Source of the DNA: an uncultured Acidobacteriota bacterium
GTDB taxonomy: Bacteria > Acidobacteriota > Blastocatellia > RBC074
Assembly (NCBI GenBank): GCA_963796275.1
Contig: CAWCKY010000006.1
Span: 2,816,001 to 2,880,000, forward strand
Reading direction: 5' to 3'
DNA: 64,000 bases
In this document: positions 1-9,516 of the stretch, one piece after another
Layout of the letters: every line of letters starts with the position of its first letter
Position numbering within the stretch: position 1 is the first letter of the stretch
Program-made: the position numbers and the translations under genes
Notes under the pieces: generated by a model
Databases searched by the model: none
What the model was told of the DNA's origin: nothing
What the model saw: the letters and a program-made list of their open reading frames with translations, nothing else

Positions 1-2
1 TC

Positions 3-290
3 AAACGCATCGCCGAAAAGTGCATGCAATCCGTTCGCACTAAGGATTCTGGGACGTTGCAGTACGACTGGTTCTTTAGCGAAGACCATTCCGAGTGTGT
101 CGTACACGAGAGATATCGTGACTCTAACGCTGCTCTTGAGCACAATGCGAATCTGGGAGAAACGCTACGCGAACTTTTTGAGACATGCACTGGTTCGGGC
201 GAGATATTCGGGACGCCGAGCCCGGAACTGGTAGGGGAGGGGCTCAGGCGTATCAACGCGAAGATCTACTCACCCTACCAGTCCATCTAG
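3..290 (+). CDS. Antibiotic-biosynthesis-monooxygenase (ABM/quinol monooxygenase)-like protein, 5' end outside window
   Basis: Frame is open from base 3 (KRIAEKCMQSVRTKDSGTLQYDWF...VHERYRDS); the GTLxYdW and ERY motifs are typical of ABM dimeric barrels. Confidence 0.6.
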   Translation, partial: KRIAEKCMQSVRTKDSGTLQYDWFFSEDHSECVVHERYRDSNAALEHNANLGETLRELFETCTGSGEIFGTPSPELVGEGLRRINAKIYSPYQSI

Positions 291-517
291 TCCGCCTCTT
301 TCTAGACAACAGCAGGATGATAATGCCCGGCCGTTCTTCAAACCTGAAACATCCTCTGAGATGATCCTATGGGCAATCGGGTGATCGGGAGCGCCGCGTT
401 TCACAAAGCAGACGGAGGATACAATTTATCTTGGCCTAATGTCGATTTGGACACCCGCCGTTCGATTCACCTGTGAAGAAAACAATTTTTATGCAAGCAA
501 AGTTGAAAGGAAATACA

Positions 518-1018
518 ATGCGAATCGCAGACTCAATCCTGATGGAAATAGAAGAAGAAGCAGCGATCACTCGGCGGCTGCTGGAGCGGGTTCCTGAAGA
601 TAGGCTCACATGGCAACCTCATCCGAAATCAATGACCTTGGGTGAACTTGCTTTGCATGTGGCGCAAACCCAACGTGGAGTTGTTGATTTTGTATCTGCG
701 GATACGAGAGAAGCGCCCGATTTCGGCTCCCGGCCATCTGCTGAATCGAAAACACATCTGTTATCGGAATTTGATGCATCCCTGGCGCACGCCAAAGAGG
801 TGATCAATCGCTGGGATGACGCCACGGCTACCGCCAATTGGACATTGACGAAAGACGGCAATGTCTTGATGTCACTCCCTCGCATCGGATTTATGCGAGC
901 GATCGGAATGAACCACCTGTATCATCATCGCGGGCAATTATCTGTTTATCTGCGACTGCTCGACGTGCCGCTGCCTTCGATCTACGGGCCAAGCGCGGAT
1001 GAAAGCCCATTCGGATGA
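518..1018 (+). CDS. DinB/YfiT family protein
   Basis: TRRLLERVP, WQPHPKSMTLGELALHVA and NHLYHHRGQLSVYLRLL motifs; RBS aagga before ATG 518. Confidence 0.85.
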   Translation: MRIADSILMEIEEEAAITRRLLERVPEDRLTWQPHPKSMTLGELALHVAQTQRGVVDFVSADTREAPDFGSRPSAESKTHLLSEFDASLAHAKEVINRWDDATATANWTLTKDGNVLMSLPRIGFMRAIGMNHLYHHRGQLSVYLRLLDVPLPSIYGPSADESPFG

Positions 1019-1238
1019 CTGACGCTGATGATTCATGGAGATCAATCTCTCGTAAGTACTGCCGGACCGGACGCGAAACTGTGATCGCCGAGCTGATGGT
1101 TGCGCTCAAAGCCGGTGTCGGACCTGGTGTCGATCTTCGGGTCACGTGGTCGTGTTTCGAAAGTAGTCAATGGCAAGCGCGCGATCAGCAAGGCTCGGGC
1201 GAAGGCGCTGGGAGAATTCTTCAAAGTCTCACCGAGCT
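1015..1238 (+). pseudogene. HigA-type HTH antitoxin relic
   Basis: DLVSIFGSRGRVSKVVNGKRAISKARAKALGEFFKVSP is near-identical to the C-terminus of the higA at 31380-31794; no intact ORF. Confidence 0.75.
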
Positions 1239-1425
1239 CGTCGAGAAGGGAAATTGGCGCAACGCCGGCGTTGTTGACGAGTACATCGAGCTTGCCATAT
1301 CGCTCAATTGCCAACCCGACGAGATTGGATAAGTCTTCGCGCCGTTTAACGTCTGTTCGTGCGTAGGCTGCCTTGCCGTCCGATGCCTCGATGCGGTCAG
1401 CGAGACGATCCGAACCTTGATCCAC
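1232..1425 (-). pseudogene. Short-chain dehydrogenase internal fragment
   Basis: TDV...YGKLDVLVNNAGVAP SDR motif; no GxxxGxG and no YxxxK. Confidence 0.7.
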
Positions 1426-1456
1426 CAGACTGTCTGGGGCAGCGCTTCAACCAGGG

Positions 1457-2005
1457 CTACCTTCTCGGTTCATACCGCATCGCCACCACCCCCGAGCCGA
1501 ACTCCAGTCGGCTCACGAGCTTCAAGTCGATACACTTCGGTAGCCCCGCGAACAAAGTCGGCCCATGGCCCGCCAGCCTGGGCTGCACCACGAACTCGTA
1601 CTCATCGATCAATCCCAGCTCCGCCAACGCCAGCGGGAGCTTCACGCCTCCCGTGAACAGTCCCTTACCCGACTCCTGCTTGAGCTGCTGAACGGCTTTC
1701 CCAATATCCCCGCGCACGAGCTCCGCGTTCCAGTCGACCCGCTCCAGGGTGCTCGACACGACATACTTCTTCTTCGCGTTGATCGTCCGGGCGAAGGGTT
1801 CCATCCAATCAGGCCTCGCTCCCGTCCGCGCCGGCGACCGGAACGCTGCCTCCATCATTTCATAAGTCACCCGGCCAAAAAGGAGGGCATCGGCCCGGTC
1901 GAGGTTCTCGACCGCGTGACGATGCAAGTCTTCGTCCGGGAGCATGACACGATGATCGCAGCACCCGTCCAGGGTTATGTTGATGGAATACCGAAGGGGT
2001 CGCAT
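1457..2005 (-). CDS. Dihydrofolate reductase-family (RibD C-terminal domain) protein
   Basis: SINITLDG, LLFGRVTYE, KYVVSSTL and GLIDEY motifs; starts just downstream of an attC site. Confidence 0.85.
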   Translation of the reverse strand: MRPLRYSINITLDGCCDHRVMLPDEDLHRHAVENLDRADALLFGRVTYEMMEAAFRSPARTGARPDWMEPFARTINAKKKYVVSSTLERVDWNAELVRGDIGKAVQQLKQESGKGLFTGGVKLPLALAELGLIDEYEFVVQPRLAGHGPTLFAGLPKCIDLKLVSRLEFGSGVVAMRYEPRR

Positions 2006-2034
2006 AACGTAAGTGTACCGATCGCCATATGGCG

Positions 2035-2112
2035 GCCTAACTACTTGCGCTGAGCCGCAGCGCATTCCAGCTCTCTTCCAAATGCGCTGTCGGCTCCAGC
2101 GCGGGGTTAGGC
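2035..2112 (-). mobile_element. Integron attC site (78 bp)
   Basis: Minus strand GCCTAAC-cccgcgctggagccgacagcgcatt...aatgcgctgcggctcagcgcaagta-GTTAGGC: R'' and R' boxes plus an imperfect palindrome with extrahelical bases. Confidence 0.8.
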
Positions 2113-2211
2113 TTCGTGCCCGGTCGCTACTCATCTGGTTACAGACGGGCACGGCACCGATGCGGGCTCGTAGGGACGCACCACCACCACCGTCCGGTGA
2201 TTAATGCGTCG

Positions 2212-3504
2212 TCACTTCGCCTTGTTCTCCTCCAGAAAGAGGCCCGATTTGCCGGCGCTGACGACGTCCATGTCGCCATCGCCATCCATGTCGCGTACTA
2301 CGATCTGCAAACCGCCGCCAGCCTTGCCGCCATAGGCGATGGTGTGGCGGGTCCATTCGACGACGCCGCCACGTGCTATGCGTTTGAATTCGTACCAATA
2401 GAGACCCAGCGGGTCCTCGTCGCCAGGAGCGGGGGCATTGCGGGCCATGTAACGCTTGCCAGTGACGATATCCGGGTGTCCGTCGCCATTCATGTCGGCG
2501 AGTACCGACGCGTGGGCGTGCGACCAGGAATTGTCGATGACATACTGGAGCCAGGAGCCGTCGGCGCGCTGCTCGAACCAGCAGAGTCCGTAACTGTGCG
2601 CGCTCGTGGTGAGGACGTCGTTCCGGCCGTCGCCGTTGATGTCGAGGACGTGAAGAAACCCCCATTCGGCGATGCGGCCGCCCTGCGCAGCGGCGCCAGG
2701 TGGCCGATTGAGGTCGATCATCACGGACATGGGCGGCGGGATGGTCGTTGAGGGCTTGGTTGAAGCAGGCGGAAGGCCGATCGGATGCTGCTGCCAATTG
2801 GTCGGATGGAAGGTCCAGTTGCCTGGAGTGCGCGGGTCGGCAGGAGCCTCCAGCCAGCCCTGTGGCGTCAGGATGTCATTCCGCTTGTCGCCGTTGACAT
2901 CTCCGACGCCGATGCCGTGGCCATAGCTTCGTGTACTGACCTCATGCTTTTTCCATTTGCCGTCGCGGAATTCATACCAGGTGAGCGGAGCACCCGCCGC
3001 CCCCGTAAATTGGGGCAGTAGCTCGCGCGCCTTGCCGTCATTGTCGAGGTCGACCACAAACGCGAATTCGGTCGGCCCGACCGCGTCGATCAGGTTCTCC
3101 GTCCAGGCGCTTCCGCTCTTGCCCGGGTTCTTCGCCCACACGATGCGGCGCGCGAAATAGCCGATCTGGATGACGTCCATAAACCCATCGCCATCCACGT
3201 CGAGCGGCAGGTCGCTGAAGCTGTCGACGTACCCGTTGGTCACCGGAATGGTCCGGATCGGGTGCGTGATCCAAGTTGGAGCCTCATACCAATTCTCGGC
3301 GGAGACGATGTCGAGCTTGCCGTCGTTGTTAAAGTCAGCGATGGCCGCACTCTCGGCGGCTCCGCCATCGATCTGGATCGTCTTGAAGGGCAGTGCGCCC
3401 GAAACACGCGCCAAGCTTGCAGAGGTTCCAGACTGGGAATGGACCGCCGCACTCATGCCGGCGATGGCAAACATGAACAGGATTCGTTTCATGGCTGATT
3501 CCAT
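2212..3504 (-). CDS. Secreted FG-GAP/VCBS-repeat beta-propeller protein
   Basis: Signal peptide; repeated DFNNDGKLDIV, DVDGDGFMDV, DVNGDKRNDIL and DMDGDGDMDVV motifs. Confidence 0.85.
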   Translation of the reverse strand: MESAMKRILFMFAIAGMSAAVHSQSGTSASLARVSGALPFKTIQIDGGAAESAAIADFNNDGKLDIVSAENWYEAPTWITHPIRTIPVTNGYVDSFSDLPLDVDGDGFMDVIQIGYFARRIVWAKNPGKSGSAWTENLIDAVGPTEFAFVVDLDNDGKARELLPQFTGAAGAPLTWYEFRDGKWKKHEVSTRSYGHGIGVGDVNGDKRNDILTPQGWLEAPADPRTPGNWTFHPTNWQQHPIGLPPASTKPSTTIPPPMSVMIDLNRPPGAAAQGGRIAEWGFLHVLDINGDGRNDVLTTSAHSYGLCWFEQRADGSWLQYVIDNSWSHAHASVLADMNGDGHPDIVTGKRYMARNAPAPGDEDPLGLYWYEFKRIARGGVVEWTRHTIAYGGKAGGGLQIVVRDMDGDGDMDVVSAGKSGLFLEENKAK

Positions 3505-3799
3505 GGGTTATTTCGTCAGCTCACGCTCATCACCAGCTTCGCTTAGAAGTCTAACTAGAATTCTGCGGACTAAGAAGGTTTCTACTGTCAGAAACATGTT
3601 TCCATTATCAGAGATTACTTTCCGCAGATGGGAAAGTTTCAGCTTTCAACTATCGGAAACATTTGCTTGATGGCTCATTCACAAGAATGCTGGTAAAGGT
3701 GAAAGGTAATTTTAGAGCAGAATGAAAACAGGCTTCAAGAGAACTGCATCGAAAATGATGATTCAGCCAAATTACCTCTGAAAGTGCGCTACGCGTAAA

Positions 3800-4015
3800 G
3801 CGTCCGGTGACGCGTGGTTGAGCGCCGAAGTGGCGGGCTTCCTGTTCGAAACGGCGCAGACGATCAGAATCCGGGCGATTTCGGTGAGCAGCAATTTGAT
3901 GGCGACCCGCGCCGAGCCGCTGGTCTTCAGCCAAATAGACCGCGCCGACTCCACCCGCGCCAAGTAGAGAAACAACCTCATAATGGTTGATGCGTGTGCC
4001 GGGAGTAATAATCAT
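3800..4015 (-). pseudogene. Hanks-type Ser/Thr kinase N-terminal relic
   Basis: YEVVSLLGAGGVGAVYLAED, then RVAIKLL in another frame and RLRRFEQEAR; truncated. Confidence 0.8.
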
Positions 4016-4036
4016 GTTGACTTGATATGGCGGCCT

Positions 4037-5368
4037 TTAATCGGCGATCGCTTGATAAGCCAGGACACGAAACTCCGAGCCGTATTCCAGGCCGTTGTGC
4101 GGCAAAATCTGGATCATGAAGATGCCGATCAATTCTTCCTGCGGATCAATCCAGAATCGCGTTCCGGCCGCGCCGCCCCAGTTGTATTCGCCTGGCGATC
4201 CCATCATTCCCGCTTCACCCGGAGCTTTACTGACAGCGAAACCGAGGCCGAATCCGACGCCCGGCCCCATTCCAGGAATGGCTCCCAGATTGTCGCTTCT
4301 CATCAGCTGGACGGTCTTGCGGCTGAGCAGTCGCTTGCCGCCATATTGCCCCTGGTTGAGCAACATCTGGCAAAAGCGCAGATAATCATAGGTTGTCGAA
4401 ACCAGCCCGCCGCCGCCTGAAGGCATCGTGGGCGGCTCTAGAAAGGAAGGCACGGCGTTGGGGAATTTCTCCAGGCATTCCTGCCTTGTCGCGCAAATCA
4501 CCGCCGGCTTGATTTTGCCGTCTTTGGTCGGACTGTAGAGTTTTGCAAAGCGATCCTTTTTATCGGCTGAGACATAAAATCCGGTGTCGCGCATTTCCAG
4601 CGGAGTGAAGATGCGCTCCTGCAAAAATTGTTCGAAGGATTTGCCCGACAGGACTTCAACCAGACGCCCGAGAACGTCAACCGAAACGCTGTAATGCCAG
4701 CGCGCGCCGGGCTCGTAGAGCAATGGGATATTGCTGAGGTTTGTGATGAATTCCGCCAGATTCAGATCGCTCAGTATCCCGGCCTTCCGATATTCCCGAT
4801 CAACCAGCGTGTCGCCAAAAACGCCGTATGTCAGCCCCGCCGTATGTCGCAACAGATCGCGGACCGTGATCGGGCGTTTCGCGGGCACGTTTTTGAGCGT
4901 GGGCATACCTGTCTGCGGGTCTTTTTCTTCGGTCCCCACCTGCATCTTGGCGAATTCCGGGAGATATTTGGCGACCGGATCGTTGAGCTGAAACTTGCCT
5001 TCTTCGTATAGCATCATCACCGCGACGCTGGTGATAGGTTTGCTCATCGAATAAATACGGTGAATCGTATCGAGCCGCATCGGCTTCCCCGCTTCTACAT
5101 CGGCCATGCCGAAGGTTTCCTGATAAGCGATCTTGCCGCGCCGGGCGATTAAACCGATGGCGCCTGGAATCTGTTTTTCCGCCACGTGCCGATTCATCAC
5201 TGAGCGGATGTTGGCGAGGCGAGCGCTGGTCAGGCCGACCTCTTCAGGCGCGACAGCCGGCAATTCATTGTTGCTTTTGCCGGGGGACGCGCTGGAGATT
5301 GGGCCAGACGCAGGATTGATGGACAGAGTGAGCAGAACTAACAGTAGAGAAATCAATACCCGTCTCAT
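4037..5368 (-). CDS. Serine hydrolase, class C beta-lactamase-like
   Basis: Signal peptide, YSMSK (SxxK), LLRHTAG, WHYS and WGGAAGT motifs. Confidence 0.9.
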   Translation of the reverse strand: MRRVLISLLLVLLTLSINPASGPISSASPGKSNNELPAVAPEEVGLTSARLANIRSVMNRHVAEKQIPGAIGLIARRGKIAYQETFGMADVEAGKPMRLDTIHRIYSMSKPITSVAVMMLYEEGKFQLNDPVAKYLPEFAKMQVGTEEKDPQTGMPTLKNVPAKRPITVRDLLRHTAGLTYGVFGDTLVDREYRKAGILSDLNLAEFITNLSNIPLLYEPGARWHYSVSVDVLGRLVEVLSGKSFEQFLQERIFTPLEMRDTGFYVSADKKDRFAKLYSPTKDGKIKPAVICATRQECLEKFPNAVPSFLEPPTMPSGGGGLVSTTYDYLRFCQMLLNQGQYGGKRLLSRKTVQLMRSDNLGAIPGMGPGVGFGLGFAVSKAPGEAGMMGSPGEYNWGGAAGTRFWIDPQEELIGIFMIQILPHNGLEYGSEFRVLAYQAIAD

Positions 5369-5454
5369 AATTCCTCCTCGGAAGCCTCACCCTTCGGGTC
5401 CTGTAAGGGCAATGGCATTGAATTGAGGTACCTATCAGGTAAGCACTTTATCTT

Positions 5455-6716
5455 GTCAATTACCCGCCACTAAGCTCGAAGACTCACAATAGTGGGGGCT
5501 TGCGATTCGACTCTTAGAGTCGTCCGCGATTGGCTGATTGACGGCAGCCCTGCTCCGAATGTTGAGAGCAGCGTTGATGTCGGCGTTACGGCAGTGACCG
5601 CATTGCCGACATTTGAAAACTTTTTGAGATTGCCGGTTAACTTTAGAGATATGGCCACAACTGGAACATTCACGAGAAGTGCTACGCGGGTTCACGGTAA
5701 GCACTGGCACGCGCGCGAGCTTGGCCTTGTACTCAATAAAGCAGCGCAATTGACCGAACGACCAGGAATGCAATTCAGAACGTTTAGCCTTGCGAGCCCG
5801 AACCCTCGAACGAATGCCTTTCAAGTCTTCCAATGCAATCGCTCGATTCGTGCGTTTGGCTTTGTCTACGATCTGTTTGCTGATTTGGTGATTGATGTCT
5901 TTGGCAAAGAGCGACTCTTTTCTGCGTCTCTCACGCAATCGTCTCTTTGCGCTTTTGGTTTTCTTCGCTTGCAGCCGTCGCCGAAGCTTCAAATGTCGCT
6001 TTCTCAGATTTTTAGTGTGGCTACCGGAAAACGATTTACCATCCGAATCGGCGGCGATCCGGGCAATCCCGAGATCAATGCCGAGATAGTCATCCGGGTT
6101 ATACGGCGACTCTTCGACTACATTGACCGTCGCAAACAAGTACCATCGGCCTTTACGGTAGACCAGATCAGATTCACCTTGGCGGGATGCGAGCAGAATC
6201 TTTTCTCGCTCTCCACCAACAAACGGAATCTTCTGTCTGCCTGTGACAGTCCAGATAGAAACGTAGTTTTCGCCGTAACGAAGAATTCGATCATCGAAAG
6301 CAATCGAACCGTGCTGGTGGAAGGTTCGTTGGCGTTCGTGGTCGGGCTTATACGCATCAGCCACTTTAGCGATTACTCGAACGGCAACCTGAGCGGAAAT
6401 ATCGAATTGTTCACGCAGAGCAGAGTAAGCGAGTTTATGGAGGTGAAATTGGCCGAAGGTCTTATGCTCCCACGCTATGCGCGAGCACTCACAAGCAGCT
6501 GCATTGGCTCGCTCAAGCGTCTCTTTCAATGCGGCAGCTTGCTCTTTGGTCGGATTCAGTTTCAATCCTATCGTCAATTTCATGGAACGAATAATACCAC
6601 ACTGCATTCTATACTTGAAGAGATTTTCCGTGCTAAGTCGCGCGGTCTCAAAATTCCTCTCCATCCAAGCTCGCCCAGATGCTCGTCTATGGATGGAGTA
6701 TCCTTTTGAGGTTTAG
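5455..6716 (-). mobile_element. IS200/IS605-family (IS1341-like, tnpB-only) element
   Basis: Left-end hairpin (ccatcc...ggatgg, 6661-6696) preceded by TTCAT on the minus strand; right-end hairpin CAAGCCCCCACTA...TAGTGGCGGGTAATTGAC; the flanks rejoin into a kinase gene relic. Confidence 0.75.
5456..6583 (-). CDS. tnpB: RNA-guided endonuclease TnpB
   Basis: RuvC-I GIDLG, RuvC-II ALEDL, Zn finger CSSCG...CRQCG and RuvC-III NADINAA are all intact. Confidence 0.95.
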   Translation of the reverse strand: MKLTIGLKLNPTKEQAAALKETLERANAAACECSRIAWEHKTFGQFHLHKLAYSALREQFDISAQVAVRVIAKVADAYKPDHERQRTFHQHGSIAFDDRILRYGENYVSIWTVTGRQKIPFVGGEREKILLASRQGESDLVYRKGRWYLFATVNVVEESPYNPDDYLGIDLGIARIAADSDGKSFSGSHTKNLRKRHLKLRRRLQAKKTKSAKRRLRERRRKESLFAKDINHQISKQIVDKAKRTNRAIALEDLKGIRSRVRARKAKRSELHSWSFGQLRCFIEYKAKLARVPVLTVNPRSTSRECSSCGHISKVNRQSQKVFKCRQCGHCRNADINAALNIRSRAAVNQPIADDSKSRIASPHYCESSSLVAGN

Positions 6717-6870
6717 ATGAATAATCGCCTGTCACCGGTCTCCACTCCGTAAGATGAGATATCGCCTGAATCTTGAATCCATCCGTCGAATACCGCAAGA
6801 CCAGACCGGTAGATCTGAAAAAGTCGCCCGGTATTGAGCGATCATTTGAGTCTAATTAGAGGTGCCGGAT
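6717..6870 (-). pseudogene. Relic of the 5' part of a kinase gene homologous to 27772-28644
   Basis: gagatatcgcctgaatcttg...ccggtagat...gagcgatcatttgag aligns by eye with 28526-28622. Confidence 0.7.
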
Positions 6871-6889
6871 CAGTATCCCTTCTCACAAA

Positions 6890-7110
6890 AGTGAGCCAGA
6901 ACGCTTATCGAAAGAGTCGCCGAAACGAGCCGCGAACGATTTCCCTCTTTCGGTGAAGAGCTGGCATTGATTAACTTTTTGCGATAAGCCCGGGCCGCGC
7001 GGAAATGCCCATCTGCGAGCCGTGCTGATCGTAGCAGCAGACACTGGGTTACGCGAGAACGAGATGTTCACTCTGGAAAAGAGTGATATCGATTTCAGGT
7101 CGGGGGGCAC
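6890..7110 (+). pseudogene. Tyrosine integrase internal relic
   Basis: Translates as AHLRAVLIVAADTGLRENEMFTLEKSDIDF, matching AHLRAVLIIAADSGLRRNELFTL..KDIDF of the 29025 integrase. Confidence 0.8.
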
Positions 7111-7284
7111 ATTACGTGCGAATGTCGCTAACTGGCGGAGAAAGACGGTCTGTCTTTATTGCGGCTGACAAAATATTACTCGTCACCATTTATATGGCTA
7201 AGGGGGTACACCAGTCTCAATCTGAAGTGAGATTTCTTCCGCCATTCTGGACTTACAAAAGGCGAGGCGTTTACAATCACGGCG

Positions 7285-7725
7285 ATGCGGATTAATTGGC
7301 CGGCGACAAAAAGAATGGTTCGACTTCATTTCGCCGTCTTCATCTTGTTGTGGTGGGGCGGACTGAATTGTCTTTCCGGCTGCCTGATTCCGAAGATAGG
7401 CGCTGACGGCGAAAGCCATTGTTCGATGGGCGGCGAGGGCGGAGATTGTTGTCATATCCAGGCCGGCGGCGAAGAATCGCTTTCATCAAAATCAATCAGA
7501 GCGCCTTCCACTTCAATACAATCTTTATCATGCTGTTCTCTCCTATCGCTTTCAGGGGATGTAAGTCGTGACGTGCGAGCCGTTGACGGCGCGCCTACTT
7601 CGGCGATATTGAGTCGAGCAGGATTCATTCCTGAAAGCGGGCCTCGCGTCCAATTTCCTGACCGTTGGGTGCGCCTCCCTGATCGCGGAGGAACTCACCT
7701 CCTTCACTGTGTCTTCCTGATTTAG
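7285..7725 (+). CDS. Cys-rich membrane-anchored hypothetical protein (leader of the metal operon)
   Basis: Hydrophobic N-terminus, HC and CC motifs, C-terminal HLLHCVFLI. Confidence 0.6.
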   Translation: MRINWPATKRMVRLHFAVFILLWWGGLNCLSGCLIPKIGADGESHCSMGGEGGDCCHIQAGGEESLSSKSIRAPSTSIQSLSCCSLLSLSGDVSRDVRAVDGAPTSAILSRAGFIPESGPRVQFPDRWVRLPDRGGTHLLHCVFLI

Positions 7726-7812
7726 AAAAAAAGTTTGCACGCGGAATTCTTATCAGCGCCAGTATGCTCACTGGTCTATGGGCAAACTTTATCTAAAATA
7801 GGAGATACAACA

Positions 7813-7992
7813 ATGAAATCCGTTAAAACATTCGTCATCGCTTTAGTCCTCGGGTTGGGCGTCGTTGTGTACGCGGCCGATGGTTCACAGGCCTCAACGC
7901 GGTCTTGCTGTCTGACTGGGGCTGACTGCTGTGTCGCCGGCGCAAGTTGCTGCACGTGCAGATTGTGCTGCGCGACTCACGAAGCCAAGTGA
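7813..7992 (+). CDS. Small exported Cys-rich peptide (metallothionein-like, CC repeats)
   Basis: RBS aggaga, signal peptide, then SCCLTGADCCVAGASCCTCRLCC. Confidence 0.75.
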   Translation: MKSVKTFVIALVLGLGVVVYAADGSQASTRSCCLTGADCCVAGASCCTCRLCCATHEAK

Positions 7993-8079
7993 GCTAATCG
8001 TTAATCAAGAGGGGCGGGGGCGGACATCGTCCGCGCCCGCTCCGCGTTCAACGCACAATCAATCCAAGGAGAATTCGCA

Positions 8080-9507
8080 ATGAAACTACTCGCCACCGCG
8101 ACGCTTGGCGCCGTCTTCTTATCGCTCGTAAACTTGGGCATCGGTCTTGCCCAGGTAAAGCGTGTGGAGATGAAGATCGACGGTTACCTCTGCGGCAACT
8201 GAGTGTTCAACATCCAGAAGGCCGTGAGCCGTCTAAACTTCGCACCGAAACTCAATGAGATCGAAATCACTGACATCAAAAACGGTATCGGCGTGTTCAC
8301 GCCGAAGGCCGAGAAATCCGTCTCCTATGTGGCGCTCAAGAAGACATTGAAAAAGGCCGGTTATACGCTCGCTTCCGCGAAAATTACCGTGAACGGAAAA
8401 CTCGCGCGTGACGCCTCAGGATGGGCGCTACTGTCTGACACATCTGGTCAGCGCTTTGCTTTGGATGGAGAGGGCGTTGAACTGGCTCTACCGGACGCCG
8501 CCCCGAACGCGCAAGTAGAAGTCACTGGCGATTGGAAGTCGGCAGGGGAAGGGAAGGAAGTCATCTCTCGTTTGCCCGCAAAGAAGGCCGGGCGATCTCA
8601 CAATGAAAATGGAGATAATCCTGTCCAAACAGAATACGTCGATGTAACCTGCGGCGGTCCCATGGAAGCGGGACCGTTGCCGGTTGCTCCCATAAGGACG
8701 ACGAGCCCGGGGCTGACGGTTTATCGCGGCGGCGCGTTCACGCCGCGTTACATTTTTGTGCGGCAACAACTAGGAGGGCTGAAAGTTGATCGTAATATTA
8801 TGCTCTTGGACTTCTCCTACACTCCGACGCCGAAGCTTCTGGTAGAGGCTGAAATCCCGTTCACGTGGATTTCATTCAAAGAAGGGGCGACATCCGGTAG
8901 TGACGAGGGTATAGGTAACATCATCATTTCGGGCAAGTATCGCTTCTTTCGGCAGGTCGAGGCGTGGGGGGACCGCCAGGCAGCGCTGCGCTTCGGCTTG
9001 GAGCTTCCGACCGGGAAGGATGACGCTCCGAGCGAACAACAACTCCATGCGCCGGCATTTATACGCCAGCAGCTTTCGCCGATCAGCGGCGGCCTCTCTG
9101 CACACATTGACCTGACTTACTCGCAAGCAAAAGGCCGGTTCATTTTCGGGGGCAACGTCGAAGGCGTTCTACGCTCCGAGCGAGATGGGTTCCGGATGGG
9201 GAACGAACTTCGCATCAATACTGACCTTGAATACGTGCTCTTCCCGCGGAAGTATGACCGTCCGGGTGGGGAAGTGTTCGCCATCCTGGAATCAAACTTC
9301 ATCCGCCGCGGAACCGGGCGCGTCGCCGGCGCGCCCGTGCCCGGGAGTCGCTCTACCGAGTATTACCTTGCGCCGGGAGTCCAATACGCGATGCGTCCGA
9401 GGTTCGTCATCGAAGCTAGCTATCAAATTCCGGTGGCGCGTAACGCCGGGTCTCAAGCTCTCCGCGTCGAGCGGGGCTTACTTGTTGGCGTCAGAATACT
9501 GTACTGA
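8080..9507 (+). CDS. Putative selenoprotein: signal peptide + HMA-like domain (CxxU) + small beta domain + outer-membrane beta-barrel; 475 aa with UGA at codon 41
   Basis: RBS aaggaga, ATG 8080, MKLL...LAQVKRVEMKIDGYLCGN-TGA(8200-8202)-VFNIQKAV in frame; LKKAGY at the HMA C-terminus; barrel-like C-terminus ending in an aromatic residue (VGVRILY). Confidence 0.75.
8216..8234 (+). promoter_or_regulatory. Candidate bacterial SECIS hairpin
   Basis: AGAAGGC-CGUGA-GCCGUCU stem-loop; the G-containing apical loop starts about 21 nt after the UGA. Confidence 0.5.
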
Positions 9508-9516
9508 GGTGGACCG

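Noticed and set aside
1042-1425. 127-aa SDR protein
   Set aside because: Chimera of an SDR fragment and the antisense of a higA relic
5492-6709. 405-aa plus-strand ORF
   Set aside because: Antisense shadow of tnpB with no recognisable motifs
8203-9507. GTG-started 434-aa ORF as the real gene
   Set aside because: No RBS or signal peptide, and it starts inside an HMA motif; the upstream in-frame ATG at 8080 is better supported
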